Shown here: in pieces, positions 58,270 through 64,000 of the stretch
Layout of the letters: every line of letters starts with the position of its first letter
How positions within the stretch are numbered: the stretch's first letter is position 1
NCBI GenBank assembly: GCA_051362555.1
Contig: CM120646.1
Coordinates: 186,001-250,000 of the forward strand
Direction of reading: 5' to 3'
Source of the DNA: Lingula anatina
Taxonomy: Eukaryota; Animalia; Brachiopoda
DNA length: 64,000 nt
Position numbers and translations under genes: made by a program
The notes under the pieces: generated by a model
Seen by the model: the letters and a program-made list of their open reading frames with translations, nothing else
Told to the model about the DNA's origin: nothing
Database searches by the model: none

Positions 58270-61200
58270 ACAAGATTTCTAAATACATGGAGTAAAAATT
58301 CATCCATGAACTTGTGCCCTATGAGTTAGAAAACCTGCAGAGTACAATTGTCTTTTATAACAATATGAAACAACATTCTGTACACGATAAAGAACAGTGA
58401 TGTCTCTGTATGAAGACGGAGAAGTTTATGTATAATGGAAGGCTATGATATCTGGTATTATATCAGACAGACAGTCATAAATCTATGGAAGTAAAATGCT
58501 TGAAGACACCTTGTGAATTCACTATTGTGTCAATATGCATGGATTGAAAGTATTTGCTTCATCTTTTCTTCTTATCGTCATGCTGAGGAATAAAATTTGG
58601 ATGCAGAAGGTTGACTGAGCCCAGAGAGGCTGAAATATGGATCTCCCTCTCGCTTGGATTAATCAAGTTGAAAGAGAAGATTAGCTTTAATCCAAAATTT
58701 GCTACAGTTGAACGTGTCAGGTGACATAAATGGGTTTTCGGAATTTTAAATGAGGCTAAAGCAGTTGAGATGGTTGTTTTAAGTTTTTGAGATGGAATTT
58801 TTAAGATAACAGTTTATAAACTCTGACCTTTGGGTCTAGTAATTATTTCCATGCATACTGACCTTTGAGAATAAAACAGTTTATTTCCAGCCGTTAAGTT
58901 GCTTTTCTTTCCAAATCATTTAGTCTAATGACCCTGGTATGTGATATAGCCTGTTTTTTCAGCTGGTTCAGAAGTCACATTTTTGGATGAGAACAAAAAT
59001 GGTTATTTCACCTGTTTATTTTGTAAGTCAACATGGTGGATTGTTACACGCATCTTTAGATTTTGAAAGAAATATTTCGTTTTTTTATTTTCTTATGCAG
59101 ATGTGTTTTAGTCCACCCACCCTTACAGAAGTTGAGAGTTAATTTCATAGTTCCAAACAGATTGCTGGACCAAAATGAGTATAAAAGAATATTTATGAAA
59201 AGGTTTGCCACAGAGGTGTACTGTGGAGTTAAAGGACCTTGAACAGCCGTTAAGTGTCAGTCAAGAGTCCTAATGAGACTGGATTACCAATACCTGTACA
59301 CTTAAAAACCTCTCTGACAGTTAACGTTTGAGGAAATTATTACAATAGGAACCAGGAAATAAAGCAGATTTAAAATGTTAAATTAGTAAATGTTATTTTG
59401 AATTCTAGAGGAAAAGGCAGTGGAACCTTTGAAGAAGGCAGGGTATTTTAAGTGTATTTCATTTTAATGGCAGTGTATATTGGTTCAAAGGGTTTGAAAA
59501 TGGGAGTAAGAAGAGAAAGTTAACTGTTACTGACATGTAGCTACTGTGGAATATGGACTGTCTTTCACTTGTATATATAGTACTAAGTACAGTTTAAATT
59601 TTAACAGACAAAAGGAGGGAGGTAACTGGAACAGCTTATTAAGTCAGACATAACTGTTAAATGTCATTCCTTGTTGTCTGATGTACAAATATATAAAAAA
59701 TGAATTGTTAAAGTTGAAAAATTCAAATTTCTGTCTAAATAGTGACATTTTGCTTTAGGATTAATAGCAAATGACATAGACAAAGACTGAATTTTAGTAC
59801 TAGTAGATTTTGAAAACAGGAATTACAGTTAATGTTGATGTATTTTAATATTTTTGTCATTATTTGCCTCTATGCTTTTTAACAGCTAATGCATTTGAGA
59901 TGTTTTTAATATGGCATTTTGAAGTCACATACTGGCAATCAGTAGCAACTTGGCTTTATAACACTACTGTTCTTTTAAATAGGAACTTTGCATCAGAATC
60001 AATAAAATGTGACCCTAAACACGTTACACAGAAAATTGAATTTTGGCAGTTGAATTTTGAAAATAAGAATTGCGGTTCACATTGATGTAGTTGAATCAAG
60101 AACCTTGGAAGGTACAAATAAAATAATTTAAAGACTAACTGAATTGAGTCCAGAATTCTACTGATTTCCATGATAATGGTGAAAGGAATGTCACAGCACT
60201 ACAAAGTTTCCATTCATTATTTCAACTAAAAGGTTTGTGACCGAAAGATTGAAAACCAGCCCAGAAACCCTTTAGTTCAATGGCCATGCTATCGAAAAAG
60301 TACTTTTATGTAGGATCATTTTCCCATTTTATTCCTAGTTGATTGATAACAAACATAAGACCCTAGATTTTATTTGTTTATTGAGAATTATTATTTTAAT
60401 ACACTTTGTTGTGATCTTTGTTTCTCTTAATTTCTTTTTGTTTATATAATAAATTAAGCTTTTTTTATTGAAATTGATCTAAAAAATGGTTTATTGTATA
60501 CACAGTACCAGTTGACTTGGCTTGTCACATGGAAGATGTAGCTAGGAACAGTAGCACTTGCTGTCTTGTATACTGTGTGTTATCAGTGGTAGAGGGTCTG
60601 GTCACAACCAAGTTGATTCAGTGACTCTGATCTGAAGATAAAGTATGGCGTCCACTTGACAATGGATTCCTCACCTCCTATGTGCATCATCCCAGCAGGG
60701 ACAGAGTTATAAAGTCTGAGCATGGTTTCAAGTTGGTCCTGCCATATTTGATCTGCAGCTAAGTTAGTCCTTGGATCAATTTGGTACTGAGCAAGCCCTG
60801 TATGAGAGGTGTTTTCTTAGCTCTGAGTCTTCCTGTGGTCTGACCTCTCTTGACACTGTGGTTTAGATCAGGTGACACCACTTATTGTGTGGTGACTGAA
60901 TGTTGACTACGCTAGCACTTCAACTTCTACAAGGATGCTAATTGTGCTTCTGTCTGAGGATTTCCTCAGTGTTATGTGTGAAGAGGGGTCGAGAAAGTCC
61001 CTGGTGCTTTTTTGTTAAAATGTCAAATAGTGAAGATACTGTATATATTGTAAGGGTCTCTCTCTTTCTCTCTCTCTCGTTTATGATATCCAAGATATTT
61101 ATACTTAGTTCATAAATCAGAACACTCTGCAATTTAATGCACAATAATCATCATTAATTCTTTTAAAATCAAATTATAAGCATGTGTGATCTTGAATTGT

Positions 61201-62756
61201 CTTCAATCCAGTTGCTTTATGTGAAGCAAGGCAAAGAAGTTATATGATGGTTCAAACTTTGCATTCACTTCATCCCCCGTTTCTAAACACACAAAATTGG
61301 CACGGCTTTTCTCTTTTTAACCCCCTTCTCTTCCCCCCCCAGCATAGTGCCCTCATTGACCCCAAGGTGTAGATCTTGTTACCAGTGCTGTGTGTGTGTG
61401 TTCACCCCTGTTAACTGACACCACACAACTTGTGCCAAACCTGCTATCTGTGTGGAAGTACTTGCTAGAGAGGGTAACTGCTGTGGTTTAATTCAATTAT
61501 CTACAGCTACTGTTACACCAGTTTACCCACACTGTACTGGTAGCTAAATGCCTCTTCACATCATAGCTATAATTTGAACTGAAGACGAAAGTTTGTTTTA
61601 ACTTCAAGACATGAAAAAAATCTGATGAATTCAGTCCAGTGTAATGCTGTATTATGCCACTTGTATACATTTAGTATCTGTGTAAAATGTGGCATTTTTT
61701 ACTTTGGGTAAAATCAGCATGACATCCACATAAAGGTGGAGTATACTAGTAACTATTAGGGTGCATTCAGATTTACAAATTGTACTAGTTGCCTGGGTTG
61801 GTTCAAGCTGCAGGAGATTCTCATAAAAGTGCAATCATTGGGATCATTTTAACCAGCACACAATAGTTAATTACCCCCTAGCTGCTCAAGGAGGCATGTC
61901 AGACAATGACTGAAACTATGTGTGTAAAAGCACCTGCTGTAGTGCTGTATCTGCGGAAGCCAAGTATAACAGTTGCAAATCAATCAATTATATTTATTTA
62001 GTGGTCGTTACAATATGAAATCTTATAATACTTCTTTCCCCTTCCTGTTTGGTCATCCATTGTCGGTGTTCACCCAGATTGAATTATTGAACAATACCCC
62101 AGTGGGAACAGTAGCTCTAATGGCCTCTGGGTTGTTATTGAATAATACACGAGCTTTATGGTTTTGGGGGTTGAAATCCTTATGGAATTTAAGTTGTGGC
62201 CCAACTTTTTGAAGCATTTATTTCTAGACCTATGCTGTTAGCATAAATGTTTTGACCAAGTGCTACACATACTTGTACCATAGCCACTGAAGAGGAAAAA
62301 AAAACAACTCCAATTCATATTACAGATGAACCATGTGATGTATAAATCAGCTTCAAAACTTGTTTTATTCTAATCCTATCCTGCCTACTATACCTTAAAT
62401 TGGTTTTCCTCTTTATCATTTAGAGAATTAAATTTGAGATGGTTTCCATTAATTTTGATGAACAGATCAATAAAAGCGATGACCTTACATGTTCATTTAA
62501 TGTAATTTTACCCATTTTTGTTATGTGTCCTCAAAATAGCAGTGTGTTTTACAGACGTGATACTAGATAAAAGAGACAATTTTCATGTAATTATTGATTG
62601 AACAACATGAAAACAGCAAACAAATTTGTCACGGTATGTTCCTCATTTTCCAGTTCATTGTGCTGTGAAAACATAGTCTTCATAGTCCCATCAGTTTAAG
62701 AGGGAAACAAATTTATTCAAATTTCTGGAATAATATCCTTTTTTTAATAGTCCCTT

Positions 62757-63392
62757 CCTGTATTGTCCCAGAATTGTTCCGGTACTGACACTTGTATTAT
62801 CCCAGTATGTCCCAGTACTAACATCTGTATTATCCAAGTATTGTCCCAGTACTGACACCAGTAATATCCCAGTATTGTCCCAGTACTGACACCTGTATTA
62901 TCCAAGTATTGTCCCAGTACCGACACCTGTGTTGTCCCAGTACTGACACCAGTATTGTCCCAGTACTGACACCTATTATCCCAGTATTGTCCCAGTACTG
63001 ATACTAGTTTTTTCCCAGTATTGTCCCAGTACTGACACCTGTATTATCCCAGTATTGTCCCAGCACTGACACCTGTATTATCCCAGTATTGTTCCATCAC
63101 TGACACCCGTATTGTCCAAGTATTGTTCCAGCACTGACACCCGTATTATCCCAGTATTGTCCCAGTACTGACACCCGTATTGTCCCAGTATTGACACCTG
63201 TATTATCCCAGTATTGTCCCTGTACTGACACCTGTATTGTCCCAGTATTGTCCCAGTACTGACACCTGTATTATCCAAGTATTGTCCCAGTACTGACACC
63301 TGTATTATCTCAGTATTACCCCTGTATTGTCCCAGTATTGTCCCAGTACTGACACCTGTATTATCCCAGTATTACCCCAGTATTGCCCCAGT
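62757..63392. repeat. Compound minisatellite of 10-bp (cccagtattg) and ~14-bp (tactgacacctgta) subunits
   Basis: Visible directly; explains ORFs 62744-62926 and 63078-63299. Confidence 0.9.
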
Positions 63393-64000
63393 CCAGAGTT
63401 TTGTACCCCTGATCCAAACTGTCAATACCAGCTCTAATTCAACTCTGGAGTAATTGGAAAATCAATTCCGTGTCAGAATTTGAGCTATTTCTTTGGTGAT
63501 CTCAAATTTTGATCAGAAATAATAGGAATTTGGCAGAGCAGAGATGGCTGGAACATGAATTGAGTGCTTGTGTACCTTTGTGAGACTGCTTTTGGGATAT
63601 TATGTAGATATAGGTGCTAGTGTGTCTGTATCCGTGTGTGTCTGTGTCTGTGTGTGTTTATGTTTCTTATCTGAACATATCATCCACCAGTTGCATTCTT
63701 ATCTGTAGGGTTTGTGAAGAGAGTTACCAAATCAAAATTAATAATTAGTTTTCTCTGTGTTATTGTTTCTGCCCCCCCCCCCCCAATTTCTGTCTTCATT
63801 ATACATTATTACCTGCAGTGACAACATTAAGAACAAAGCAACACAGGCAGCTGATGAATTTTTAAACAACTTAAAGTCTGTTGAAATTTGAAGTCGTAAT
63901 GTTCATCCACATGTGACTGTCAAGTTGTATTATTGAAGAACCTGCTGGTGCCTGTTCTCCATGGTTTTCTGTCACAATCTTATCTTTCCTAGAGCAGATG

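Larger units (their letters stand above)
57399..58351. repeat. Perfect 56-bp inverted repeat pair (57399-57454 / 58296-58351)
   Basis: acaattgtactctgcaggttttctaactcatagggcacaagttcatggatgaattt and its exact reverse complement. Confidence 0.9.

Overview
AT-rich, intron-containing animal genomic DNA (the repeat families and gene structures suggest an invertebrate, plausibly a mollusc; this is inference). Genes assembled by hand from GT-AG exons, in order: the 3' part of a PP2C-like (Drosophila CG9801-type) gene (+); HAT1 (-) head-to-head with RPE (+); an unrecognised 106-aa secreted cysteine-containing prepropeptide gene (+) with a candidate CRE/TATA promoter; an SGNH/PC-esterase-type gene with an intronless CDS (+); a lifeguard/TMBIM gene (-) with two duplicated alternative last exons; UBA52 (-); and the signal-peptide exon of an unidentified gene (+) followed by at least 18 kb of apparent intron. 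There are also several MITE families (Harbinger-like, Merlin-like, 5-bp-TSD CAG-ended, MULE-like) and about 16 tandem arrays. Seven arrays start exactly on an exon edge or stop codon, and five of them multiply splice sites: 26 acceptors in UBA52, 12 in-frame donors in lifeguard, 4 acceptors in RPE, 3 acceptors in HAT1 and 3 further lifeguard donors. All coordinates were read by eye; no database searches were possible.
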